The notes beneath the pieces were generated by a model. The model saw only the letters and a list, made by a program, of their open reading frames with translations, was not told the DNA's origin and searched no databases. From contig CM121343.1 in assembly GCA_051530055.1 (NCBI GenBank), forward strand, positions 7,194,044-7,258,043: DNA of 64,000 nt. The letters are read 5' to 3'. Of the stretch, positions 37,677 to 49,324 are shown piece by piece (within the stretch, counting starts at the first letter, position 1; each line of letters starts with the position of its first letter). Position numbers and translations under genes: made by a program. Source of the stretch: Neoechinorhynchus agilis (Eukaryota > Animalia > Acanthocephala).

Positions 37677-39168
37677 CTCTCTAATCTCTTCTTACAACTT
37701 CTTTAGCCACAGTCAAATTCATAATGGTCAATTCATCAAGTTTAGGAAAATAGACGTCTTAAACATTTGATTTTTCCGTCGAATGCGTTGCTGATTTTTC
37801 TTAAATGCTTTTTGAATTCTCTATTTCGTGCTAATCTGCCATTTATCGACGCCCTCGATATTTTCACTAAAAAATTTATTTAACGAATTTTTTGCCATAA
37901 AAAGCTTTCTGTCATATTATTTATCGCTTTATAGGGACCAGATTAAGGGAGTTCAACTCGATGCTGTGTAAACGTAACTATTTCCATCCAGAAAAAAGAC
38001 TATTTTGCCAGCATTCAGAATCCTTATCTCACTCTGCGTGTTCATCGATCTCCGTTCATAAATTCAACATTTTGCTTTAGGATATTTTTCAAATAAAACC
38101 TGGGAGCTAGGAAATGTTTTTCTCGGACAAAATCGTGCTGAAAATGGAATACGAGCTAGGATCGTAGTTAAGATTAAGAGAAGGTTTGAAGACTAACCAA
38201 TCTTTCATCGCCATTCTATAGCATTTGCCATGCGATCTCCAGAACGCTTCGTAGACGCAGACACGATTTGCGCCCATCAAGTCATTGATGATCTATAAAT
38301 GTGATCTTCAAAAAGGTAATTCAAAAATTATGTAAATCAAAGCTTTTTAGAAAATCAAGTAGAGATTTTCCTGGAATGAATATTCGAGTACTCAGATATT
38401 AATCATATTGAGAGAAAATCCATCGGCATCGTAAACATTGGTGGGTGGTGAATATACTCGCCCGGTTAAAAATTCTTTTATTATTAAAAATATTTCAGTC
38501 AAAAATACTCAGATGTTGATCAAATAGCGATGCTGAACTCAGTGAATTTAGCAGAAAAAAGTTTTAAAAAATTGCTTTAAACTTAGAAATCATTGAACAT
38601 AGGACTTTAGCGGTCTCGAGTGGTCAACATGTCTCAAATGATCATCAAGTGCTAACAATCAACCTTCAAAATTACTACGTTTGCTTCAAATTAAACCAGC
38701 GACGAACTACATAAACTTCAAGAAGTTCCTCAGTTTTAGATCACCGAAAACCACGTCCGATTAAATTTAAGAAATAAACGAGGTGGCTGAACTTTTTTAT
38801 CGTGCTTTTGGTTAACATTGGGCGCAAAAATTGAACGCATTCGTGGATTCTTGACGATATTGAACATTTCGATTACATCGATCCAAACCTACAGGGCCAA
38901 CGATGAGCGCATCTAAAATCGATGCGAGTTCTGGAATGCCCTATAATTCAGGGGAAGTTGCCGCTTGTCTTAAAACGTCAAAAGGGTGAACCTCCTCTAA
39001 CTCACCAGAGTCCCTTCAAATTTGGTTTAGTGACGTCACCTAGACGTCATTCAATCGTGACAGCTGCTGTGCATCGTCACTGATCACCACTTTTTGAACA
39101 CGGAAGAATCTTAAAGTATAGAAACTTCGTCACAACTGCTGCTCATGAGGGTTTTTATCCCTTTTTGA

Positions 39169-40937
39169 ATGTCATATGAGCATTTAGAAGCGCGACGCCG
39201 AAGAAATGAGAAGGTGTTCAGACAATCTTTTGCAAACTGCACAAATTTATCTGGGATTTCTGACTTGCTTAAAGTTGCTATGGGTCCAGGTTTACTCGTT
39301 CGTCTAATGTTCATTTCATCGAACACGGAAAACGCCGAAATGCGGTCTGAGGCTGATGCATACATTGAACAAAAGCTTAAATTTGATGTTCCGGTTCTGT
39401 CAGCTGTGAATTCAAGTTCAGAAGACCCAAATCGGCGACTCACTGCACCTTCAAATGATCCACTGCTAGAAAGAGCGTTTTTGTTTATAAGTGGAGGCTT
39501 CCTTGACGAAGCACAAACACTTTTGAACAAGTTGCACACTGCCACAAGTTCAACGCTTCATCAATTATTTATTTGCATTGGACGTGCGACTATCCTATTG
39601 CTTCGTCGTGATTTCGATTCGGCTGCTAAGTATCTATAGTCATCGGATACTCAAAAATCAACAACTCATGTCGTGGGAACTTACAGTTTTAAATCTATGC
39701 CCTCAATTGCAATTTGCAAACGTCTTCTCTGCTCAGTGTCTAATAATCTTGAATTCTGTAAGGCGAAATCTTTGCAAAAATTCAATTTAAGCATTTTTGG
39801 ATCCAACTTTGAACTTAAGTGCCAAATTGAGGCGACTTCGAGGTTTTTTCATTGCCTAATTTAATTTGCGATGTATTTTCCAAATAAATAATAGTAGTGT
39901 TTTGCTAATCGAAGCATTTTGTAGTCCCGAGAATCCATACAGAAATATTAGAACGGGATTATTTTCTCTTTGCTTCATAACAATTAGCTAAATTGTGCAC
40001 ACTCCAAAGTTTTTCGTTCCAAATATATTTTAAATCACAGGGGCATCATCGAGATATTCTTTAGATCGTAACTCGTAATCATAAGAACCCAGATTTTGAA
40101 CTGCTCGTCTCCCTCGAGATTCATAGTAATTTTAAGAAATTTTGAGCATCCGATGAAGTGCATATAATAGCATTGTCTCCGATTGAGTTAGGCTTCGATT
40201 ATCGACTATGTTTGGTGATGAACAATTCAATGAAGACGCTAAGGGGATTTATCTCGATGTGTTTAGGAAACTTCGACATTGCATCATCTGCCTTTACATC
40301 GTTGGAATCGCTGGGTTCAATTGATTTGGATTTTGTGATCACAGAATTCGGCATTGGTTATTATGGTGGACTTTGTGTACTTTTATCGCGTTGTTGGCAG
40401 ACTTTAGTGATTTGTAAGGAAGAGCATCCCTTCTTTCAAGAGTACGTCCAACCAATAACTCAAATCACTGATATCTTTGAGTATGTTCTCGATGGCCATT
40501 TTACGCTTGCGTACAATGCGCTCATGGCTATGTCTACAATGTTACGCTTGGACGCTTATTTGAGCAGTCATGTTGAAAAAATAAAGAAATGTATTCTAAC
40601 AAGATTTGTGGAGACTTTTCTATGGACTCACACGGTTATTGACTTGGTCGAGCTCGAGCGTCTATGTAATGGACCATGCGATATTGATGATAAGTGGCTC
40701 GTTGAGATATTAAGAGATAATGAGAAATATCAATGTAGTATCGATGGTGTTAATTGCTTCGTACACGTTATGGATCGCAGGTTATCGAAAGATGTTCCTT
40801 TAAAAGATAGTCAAATGCTGTGTGTACCTTTTAAACACATCGGTGCCACAACTTTACTGAGTCCTTCGGCACTTGGAAAAAGCTTAGCCAGCATGGAATG
40901 GTCGGTGGATCTAACGAGAAAAAGCAGGCGATTGTAA
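39169..40937 (+). CDS. Divergent COP9 signalosome subunit 1-like (PCI-domain) protein, 2 or more exons
   Basis: GLLVRLMFI..AEMRSEA..YIEQKLKFDV resembles the CSN1 N-terminus. IGYYGGLCVL..F.EY..QITDI..L..M...LRLDAYLSSHV resembles YGGLCALA..LLDMYLAPHV. Splice junctions in 39630-40170 are unresolved. Confidence 0.65.
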
Positions 40938-41279
40938 AATAAACACACTTAGTAGCTTCGGTGATCCGCATCCTCTGACCATTTGAGCCTTCTCCCATTT
41001 TGGAAATCCTTAACACTTACGGTCGTCATCTAGGAATAAAGCATTTTCCAGGACTAATTAATCCTTTCCAAAATGAAATTTGCAGGGCGACATTCTGGCT
41101 GCCATTAAGCGCAGTGCGTAAATCTTGTTCATTGCTTTCAATCATTTCTGTTTAATTAGCTCTATAAACCAAACTTAATCGATCGCATACTGCCTATGAA
41201 AGCCTAGAGTCGAGTATATTGAACGTATCTAAAACTTATGCGACGAACTGAATATCAAATCAAATTTAAGCATATAGTA

Positions 41280-41725
41280 TGATTAAAAGTCTTTTATTTA
41301 GGCTTTCACTCTTTATGATTAAAAGTCTTTTATTTAGGCTTTCACTCGGTAAAGAATTTATTAAAGACGTTCTGCGAACCTCGCTGGATTCATCATCAGT
41401 TTGTTAGCGTATTTTAGTAACTCACAAACTGATGATGAGCCGTCTTTAATAAACCCTTTACCAGGTGAAGACCCAAATAAAAGACTTTTAATAAAAAGTT
41501 CAAAATGTTGATATGTGAGGAGGTTCCAGGGAATATGGTTAAGTCTTTTATTTAGATATTCTCACTCGGTAAAGAGTTTATTAAAGACGTTCTGCGAACC
41601 TCGCTGGATTCATCATCAGTTTGTTAGCGTCTTTTAATAACTCACAAACTGATGAGGAACCCAACGAGGTTCGCAGAACGTCTTTAATAAACTCTTTACC
41701 GGGAGAAGATTTAAATACGACTTTT
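41280..41725. mobile_element. Fold-back family A array (opposite orientation to 29905-30580)
   Basis: Same arms and loop (gatatgtgaggaggt.ccagggaatatgg on +). Confidence 0.85.
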
Positions 41726-41789
41726 AAACTTATATTTCTTTATTTCATTTTTGCCATCTACAAACGATTCGCTCTTATTAATAACGCCG

Positions 41790-42250
41790 GAGATGATTAA
41801 CTGACGTGAGCAGAGCTCTGAACTCGATCCACATTCCAACCATCCTGGAGCCCAATCACCTCTGTCGCTCGGATGGTAAGCGTCCCGACGGTATAACCGT
41901 TTTCCCTTGGAAAGAAGGGAAGAGTCTAATTTGGGACGCAAAATGCGTGGACTCACTCGCCCTGTCCAACCGGCAAGATGCTTTAGCGGAGACGGGAGGA
42001 GCAGCGAGTGCCGCCGAAAGGAGGAAAGCGGAGAAATACAATGAGCTCAAACAAAATTACATTTTCCTTCCTTTCGGCGTGGAGACACAAGGGGCGCTGG
42101 GATCTTCGGTACGAAGCTTTTGTGCCGAACTCGGACGACGACTTGCAGCACAAACAGGGGAGCGACGCGAGAGGATTTTCCTGATCCAAAGAATAAGCCT
42201 CGCAATCCAACGAGGAAATGCGGTCAGCGTCCGGGGGACGATTTAATGAT
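41790..42250 (+). mobile_element. 5'-truncated CRE-like non-LTR retrotransposon (restriction-like endonuclease C-terminus)
   Basis: LEP..L.RSDGKRPDG...PW..G..LIWD..D.LA..AAE..K..KY..F.PF.VETQG..QRISLAIQRGNA. Confidence 0.88.
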
Positions 42251-42625
42251 TTTAAAATAAATTGCTAAATGACAAAAAAAATATAAAAGTGATTTGAAAT
42301 TTGCTTCAAGACTTGTTTGTGTTTCCGCATTGTTTCTGTACAAAGTAACCTGTGTTCAAAAGTGGTCTACATTGGATTCGAAAACTAAGTAGTTTTTTGG
42401 ACGTGTTTGGTTGAATGTGAACGGAAAAGCTGTCATCGTTGGGAAGCATATTCGAGAGATTGCATTTACTTAAATTTAAGACTTAAACAACTTGACTAAG
42501 ACTCTGCATGGCTAACCACGTTTGAACATCCAATATTCGCTATCGTACAATTTTTATTATTTTAAAACAAGTGTTGCAATTTGTATGTATGGACAGCGGT
42601 CCTTCGAATCGAAACGGGACTTTCA

Positions 42626-43468
42626 TTACTCACAATTAGAGAATAAAGTTATCCATAATCGAGTAGCAATACAGGCAAACACAAAAAATGGGATAACAAG
42701 ACGGAACACAAATCGAACATCACTTCCATCGTCTTCAAATTTACGATCAACATCCAGATCTGGAAGCACGATATTAGATTCGCGGTTGTCTCGATGATGG
42801 TGTTCACTATCCTTACATCGATTACGTCGCTGAAGTCTATCCATTTTGACTCTTGGTGAAGATTGGCCATGAGCCGGTCCACACGCATTGCGGACGGAAG
42901 GCATTCGTAAGCACCATTGAGCAATCTTCATTATTTCGCATTGATACGTAGATTGCTTTCCGTTTGGATTTATAGAGTTCCACCTCGGTCGACGTTTGCT
43001 CCTCAAGTTAACTTTGTATTGAGAATCGGCGCTGCTTTTAGTATATTTGAGAAAATTGAATGAAGTTTCTGGAGTCGGCGTCTTAAGTACACTTGCATTT
43101 GATAGGTTAATTATGGAATTCTCATCTTGAAATAAGCAATTCTCAAAGTATGAGCGGCACGCTCCTTCCAATGCCAAATGATCAATTATTTCTCTGTAAT
43201 ACTCAATGATCAAATGACTGTGTGAGTGAAAGTAATCGTGGCTCAGGTCGTTAGTGTTTATTTCCGGATCGAGAGAATGTATTGCCACTTTCGCAAAGAA
43301 CGTAGGTGGCATTGGAGAAGGAAGCTTTACTGCCTGTGAAGTGTTTCCAATGTAACACAACAGTGAAGATGTTGAAGGCGCTGAAAGTGAACGGGTTTTT
43401 TTGTATTTCTCTGTCAGAAATCGCCGACTTTTGTACGCTCTGGAAGGTAGCACTGACGCTGGAATCAC
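42626..43468 (-). CDS. Putative uncharacterised protein with a C-terminal hydrophobic anchor
   Basis: 280-codon ORF ending FRLVIPFFVFACIATRLWITLFSNCE. Confidence 0.45.
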   Translation of the reverse strand: MIPASVLPSRAYKSRRFLTEKYKKTRSLSAPSTSSLLCYIGNTSQAVKLPSPMPPTFFAKVAIHSLDPEINTNDLSHDYFHSHSHLIIEYYREIIDHLALEGACRSYFENCLFQDENSIINLSNASVLKTPTPETSFNFLKYTKSSADSQYKVNLRSKRRPRWNSINPNGKQSTYQCEIMKIAQWCLRMPSVRNACGPAHGQSSPRVKMDRLQRRNRCKDSEHHHRDNRESNIVLPDLDVDRKFEDDGSDVRFVFRLVIPFFVFACIATRLWITLFSNCE

Positions 43469-43974
43469 TTCTTTTCGCTTTCGTTGATTAATTTACAAAT
43501 GTACCAGAGAAGTGCAGTCACTGGTAGTTGCGGTGCCATTAGCAGCGGCAAAACTAAGACGACGACAGCATCACTTGTCGTATCTTAAGAAGGCAGATAC
43601 TACAACCGAATAGTAAGGCGCCTGCACGGTCTTTCCACACTGACTAGAACGATGGAGTCTTATCATACTAATTACTAAGAAATTCCGCAGTCGACATGGC
43701 TTCTCATCATGTGCCAATACCGTTTATCATATCGCCAATACGACCGCCATATCTCATATGCAATCGGACACTTATAGTGTGAATGCAAACGAATTATAAT
43801 TTACACCGCACTGATAATGTAGACCATATCGATCACAACTTTGTGAGGCAATCGCTTCAGGCGAAAATTTCCATTAAAGATGTCTCATAGACAATCTCTA
43901 GCAATTATTCTAGACAAACATTAAATGAGAAAAACCCATCCACTTCTTGATTCAACGTTGGTCATTTTTAAAAC

Positions 43975-44270
43975 GCCGTGTGGTGTGCGCGTTCATAATG
44001 CGCTCGATATGTCGAAGGTTCAACGCCACCGGTCGCTGGGTTCCACGGGTGCGCGAGGCTGCTGGAAGGGTGGGGTCAGGTTTGAGATCACCCATCGGCC
44101 CCAAGGGGGGTTGCCCCTGGCCCTTCGAGTGCGGTTGAGCGCCTCCGATGTGTGTAAATTAGCCCAAAGGCTCCCAAAAAAGGAATATCGCCGAGAGGCC
44201 AAAAAGAAGATGTCACAAACTAACAAGAGTGTATGAGGCCTTGACAATAAATAAATAAAAAATAAAACAA
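43975..44270 (+). other. GC-rich island ending in an A-rich tail (possible retroposon 3' end or structured RNA)
   Basis: Abruptly GC-rich, with local hairpins (aggggg-ttg-cccct); ends gtatgaggccttgacaataaataaataaaaataaaa. Confidence 0.35.
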
Positions 44271-45099
44271 TGATGCCTCACTGACAGTCATCGAAACAAG
44301 TTATTTAGCAAACAATTGACGACCACTTGGACCGAATAAATCGAATTTTCAGACTTTTGACAATGCTTCAAGGAAATAAAGCCGCCGGGGATTCTTTATG
44401 TCAAAATCAACGACATTACCATATCGCATGCTAATCATAATCAATTCTAATAAATATCATTTATAGGCAATTGCAATCTTATAGTAAAATTTGGATTTTC
44501 GTTCTTTTACATGAAATTTCGGTACGTACTGGATTAAATTAGAAAAAAAGGTTCATTTGAGCTCAATGCGACTAGAGATTATCTCGTGAAAAGAGGTCTT
44601 CGAATGGAAAAGTATAGGTTAAAATACCAACTAAAGCTACCTTAGCGGTCGAGCAATGTAGTTAAAGATTCTATCATCGACAAAGCAAACGTTCGATTTA
44701 TTTGTGTATGAAGCAGGAAATCAACGCACCTAAAATCTATCTGAAAAATTGATTTCTTTAAGATTTATTGACATTGAAATAATCCTTACTTGGATCTACG
44801 TAGTGACTTATATAATGCAATGCAGCAAAGTATAATAAATGTTTAACTTATATCATCACGCCTGACAATTAATATTGATATAGTTGCCAATTTAAAATGT
44901 TTCAAACACGCTGAAGAGGTGAAAGTGCTCGTTTTGGCGATAAAGAGGCAATTAACAAATTTATTTGTAAGTTGAAGAATCGTTGGTGTCTTGAGTCTTG
45001 TCACAAAAAATCTGATTTACAAAAACCATTGATCGAATCAATAACCCGAGCCGAAGTGTTGTTTAGGTCTTCAAACGGTAAATAATTTTTTTATTGAAA

Positions 45100-45725
45100 A
45101 CGTTCTTCGAACATCGTCGGGTTCATCATCAGTTTGTTACATATTAAAAGACGCTGAGTTACTAAAAGACGAAACGTCTTTTAACAAACTGATGATGAAA
45201 CGTCTTTAATAAATTCTTTACCGAGTGAGAATAGCTAAATAAAAGACTTAATCATATTTCCTGGTACCTCCTCACATATCGACATTTTGAACTTTTTATT
45301 AGTCTTTTATTTGGGTCTTCAACCCGTAAAGAGTTTATTAAAGACGTTCTGCGAACCTCGTTGGGTTCATCATCAGTTTGTGGGTTATTAAAAGACGCTA
45401 ACAAACTGATGATGAACAAGACGAGGTTCCCAGAACGTCTTTAATGAATTCTTTACCGAGTGAGAATAGCTAAATAAAAGACTTTTAATCATATTCTCCG
45501 GTACCTAATCACATATCGACATTTTGAACATTTGATTAAAAGTCTTTTATTTGGGTCTTCACCCGGTAAAGAGTTTATTAAAGACGTTCTGGGAATCACG
45601 TCGGGTGCGTCTTAAACGTTTTTTAATACGAGGTTCGCGGAACGTCTTTAATAAACTCTTTACTGAGTGAGAATAGCTGAATAAAAGATTTTTAATCATA
45701 TTCTCCGGTACCTAATCACATATCG
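45100..45725. mobile_element. Fold-back family A array, about 2.5 units
   Basis: Repeated CTGATGATGAAC cores on both strands. One variant reads CTGATGAT-GAAA-CGTC with stem II deleted. Confidence 0.85.
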
Positions 45726-46149
45726 ACATTGTGAAATAACATCAACGCATAATCGCCTTCCTGCACTATTAAGGCTTTACGAAACATTTGATCGTATATG
45801 GAACAAAAACTTACAAAAAAGGCACTTTAGCTTTGGTCAAGTACTTTTCATATATTACTATAAAACCTTTCGGTGACCAAGTTGAATTTTACTATACATT
45901 TGCTTTCACTTCCCTCTCAGTGGATCTGCAGCGAAGCTCCAGAAATGAGATTAAAGATTTGGTTTTTATGTTTGCAGGATGTCTTATAGAGACCAGATAA
46001 TTTATCACCGTCCGCGTAATTCGCTCCCCCAAAATGTCCACCATATAAATCGCGAAATCGAATATTCACAACATTTTTCATTAAAGGAATAACATTTAAA
46101 GCATCCTTAAATTTGTTCAGTAAAAAGAAAGTTTGCTTCTGGTAGCAAG

Positions 46150-46326
46150 CTACCTTAGCTCAATATCTAAGTGATGACCATAAAATGGTCCTTAACCTAC
46201 AGAGGTCCATCTTTACAAGCTTCGACCAGAACGGACATCCCCAGATCGGATCTTCCCTTGATCACCCAATTGAATCCGTAATCGACTCAAAAATCAACAA
46301 TCGCGTGCTTGTGAGGACCCAAAGTT
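46150..46326 (+). mobile_element. LINE 3' region, continuing at 46643-46700 after an insertion
   Basis: ccagaacggacatcc..aaaatcaac..gtgaggacccaaagt; the terminal aaaacgtgttattat appears at 46679. Confidence 0.7.
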
Positions 46327-46642
46327 TAAGAATAAACATAAACTAAGCTCACAGCAAATCAAGTCTCATGTATCTACGAGCCTCCCAGATCCATCCCTTT
46401 ACCACTCGGAACCGTCGCAAGGACACTTGCAGCGTTGCCGCGCTGGATCGCGAGACCTATGTTTTGCAGGAAGAACGTTCCTGCTCTTGGGTGCAACCGG
46501 AGACCCAAAAGCAGGACGTTCTTCCTGCAAAACATAGGTCTCGCGATCCAGCGCGGCAACGCTGCAAGTGTCCTTGCGACGGTTCCGAGTGGTAAAGGGA
46601 TGGATCTGGGAGGCTCGTAGATACATGAGACTTGATTTGCTG
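46327..46642 (-). mobile_element. Fold-back made of a CRE-like element 3' end
   Basis: Arms of about 140 bp encode FLQNIGLAIQRGNAASVLATVP* on both strands. 15-bp duplication gtgaggacccaaagt at 46312-46326 and 46643-46657. Confidence 0.88.
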
Positions 46643-46907
46643 TGAGGACCCAAAGTTGCATCTAATTTCTTAAGTACAAAAACGTGTTATTATTATAGAC
46701 CACCGATAAGTATTGTTGTGATTTAGATACACACACACGAACAATAAAATTTACCTTTTTATGTGATTTAAAGAAAGATTGTAATCTTAATTTTTATTGG
46801 TTTTATCCCCAAAACACCGTACGCACTAAGAAAGACTGAAAATATTGCAAAATCGTGGCTTCAAATAATCAAAAACACGATTAAATTCCGCGAGTGCTCT
46901 ACATGAG

Positions 46908-47882
46908 TCAGGACTTGACAAAGTGATCTTCATAGGGAAGTACCTTAACGATTTCGTATTTTCCTTTGGTTCCACGGCGTGAAAATCTATTCCCAGCAGT
47001 AGCACCACAGCAGTAGCAGAGGCATAGGAAGCTGGTGACAAGGGTCAGAAGTACGCCTGCAGCACAAATATAGAAGGCAATATCGAATTGTTCGATTTCC
47101 AGTAGCCATGGATTGAGTCTGTAGATCACTGCGTTGCTTTTATATGCTTCGAATTGTGTAAGAGCGATTCTGTGATGTATCCATTGAAACAGAAAGATAC
47201 CGAGTGATCCAGCTCCCGAAAGGAAAGAGAAGAATGATGCGATGGTGATAAATGAAAACGGGATGGATAAGTGTTGTGGGCAGAACTTGAGTAATGCGCT
47301 GACTATGCAGACGATTGCTGTAAGGATAGCCGCTGAAATAAGAAGCCATGCCATAATAAGTTGAAGGAGGTTATCTGAGAATAAGTAAGTTGTTCGCTCG
47401 GCTTCTCGGGAATTCCGACCGACCGAAGTAAGTTTGAATCGGCGTCTAAAGCAGTGTAGTTTCCTGTCGAGCCACTGAATATCACCTAGCAGTCTCGGAC
47501 AACCGATTTCATCATCATAGGATTCACATTCGGGCAAATTGTCGCACCTGAGTGTAGCATTTACACAGCACCTTCCGCACATTATTTCATCGCTTTTGCA
47601 GTTGCCTGTTGAACATTGCCTATTTTGCACGCTCGAATTAAGATGAACCACATTTATCCACCTATAATGGATACAATTTTTGAACATATTATAGCGTTTG
47701 ATAAAGGGAATCCGTTCGTAGGACTTAACGAGTCCACTGGGTAAATTGCTCTCATCGACGTATCGTCCTTTTGACCTAAAGCTGAACGTGACCCATCTAT
47801 CCGAAATGAGGCCGAACAGAATAAGGGACAATGAGACCAAGCTTGGTATTAAGATTGAAATCAGTGATAAGTTCAGGTACAT
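46908..47882 (-). CDS. Claudin-like four-TM protein with an LDL-receptor class A module in the first extracellular loop, intronless
   Basis: TM1 followed by SDRW, then CKSDEIMCGRCCVNATLRCDNLPECESYDDEIGC (LDLa), then three further TM segments and a Cys-rich juxtamembrane region. The ORF is open upstream to 47990. Confidence 0.75.
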   Translation of the reverse strand: MYLNLSLISILIPSLVSLSLILFGLISDRWVTFSFRSKGRYVDESNLPSGLVKSYERIPFIKRYNMFKNCIHYRWINVVHLNSSVQNRQCSTGNCKSDEIMCGRCCVNATLRCDNLPECESYDDEIGCPRLLGDIQWLDRKLHCFRRRFKLTSVGRNSREAERTTYLFSDNLLQLIMAWLLISAAILTAIVCIVSALLKFCPQHLSIPFSFITIASFFSFLSGAGSLGIFLFQWIHHRIALTQFEAYKSNAVIYRLNPWLLEIEQFDIAFYICAAGVLLTLVTSFLCLCYCCGATAGNRFSRRGTKGKYEIVKVLPYEDHFVKS

Positions 47883-49324
47883 AAGTGAGAAGAGAGCCTT
47901 GCTTTGAAATTCTCTGAGTTTTGGGAGGATTTCTGCGTAACGATCAGGAGGAGAAGGAGGAGGAGAGTGGAGTTTACAAAGTAATACCAAATTTCTTTGA
48001 AGGCATTGTTGGTTAAAACGCTTTGCCTCAGGAGAGAGAGCGATGAAAAAGGAGGCAGCTGTGATGCTGCTCTATTTCCGCTTTGCTCCAACAACGCCTT
48101 CACATACTTTCCACAAACCAATAAGGCAAAGCTCTGTCTCCGTTTTTGAGCAGCGCGAAGGCTTGATATGTGTGGAACGAGGCACACAGACACGCAAGTA
48201 GGAAAAACGACAAGGGAAAACAAACGAGGAACAACTTTTCTCCTTGTCGTGAACTCACATCAGTCTCTCACCGAGAGCTCTTTCTCATGCTACGAGTTAT
48301 GCATAATGATGTGTACTCGGGTAACGTTGGTTGAACGAGCACCACCTTTTCGTTGTCGATCAACGCATAACTTCACATTGTGAACACTATCTTCGATGAC
48401 GGTAACATTCTTTTATTATGAAATATTTCGACAGAGAAAACCTTATCCGAGCCATTGCTTTGAACCAAAATCATGTTCAAAACCATCCTGATGGACCTTG
48501 CTGGTATGAATATCTTCGATCATTCGAAATCCAATGCCGAATACACACTAGGAATGGCTCTTATTGAATATTTTTAGCACATTGGTTTTCGAACAACAAC
48601 AGAAATCATTCACACTTTGAAAACTTCTATTTCCTTTAGGGTTTTCGTGCTTAATCAATATTCAGTAAACTATTACTGGTAAGTGAACAAATCTAATTTT
48701 GCTTCTCTTAAGATCTTTCAAAAGAATTATCCGATTTTCTATTACGCTCCGGTGAATTTGTTCGTTTTCCTTTCTAAACAACCAAAAAAATCTTGTTATC
48801 AAAGAGAGTTAATCAAATTTCAAATTCGTAGTTGGGCGTTGCGAAGCTTGTCAAAACCAAACAGTAATACATTTCAATAACATTTCTCGTGTTGGATACA
48901 AGTCCATAATGCACCATTGTACTTCAATTTAAGCTCGAGTCTTCAATTAAGAATGAAATGTCACTTACAACGATCAACATTTGTTCTTAGATGTCGCGCG
49001 GCATCTAATTTAAACAAATTTGACACAGTCTATATTTTCCACAAGTTATACTCTTGGGAGTGAATTAATTTTATAAATTATTGTTCAGACATGCAAATTT
49101 CATTGAATCATGTCAAGGAACTCACACACGAAGATTTCGAATAGATTGCTTTCGCTCTGAAAAGTGGCCAGGAACCAATTGCAACAGAAGGAAGGGTTTT
49201 TTTGTCGAATCGTTAGCATAAAACTAATTCATGGCGCTATTCCTTAGGACCAAATTAGAAGAAGTACTTAATGAGGTGATATAAAGCTTTCATATGAAAT
49301 AGACGGATTACTCCTATCACACCC

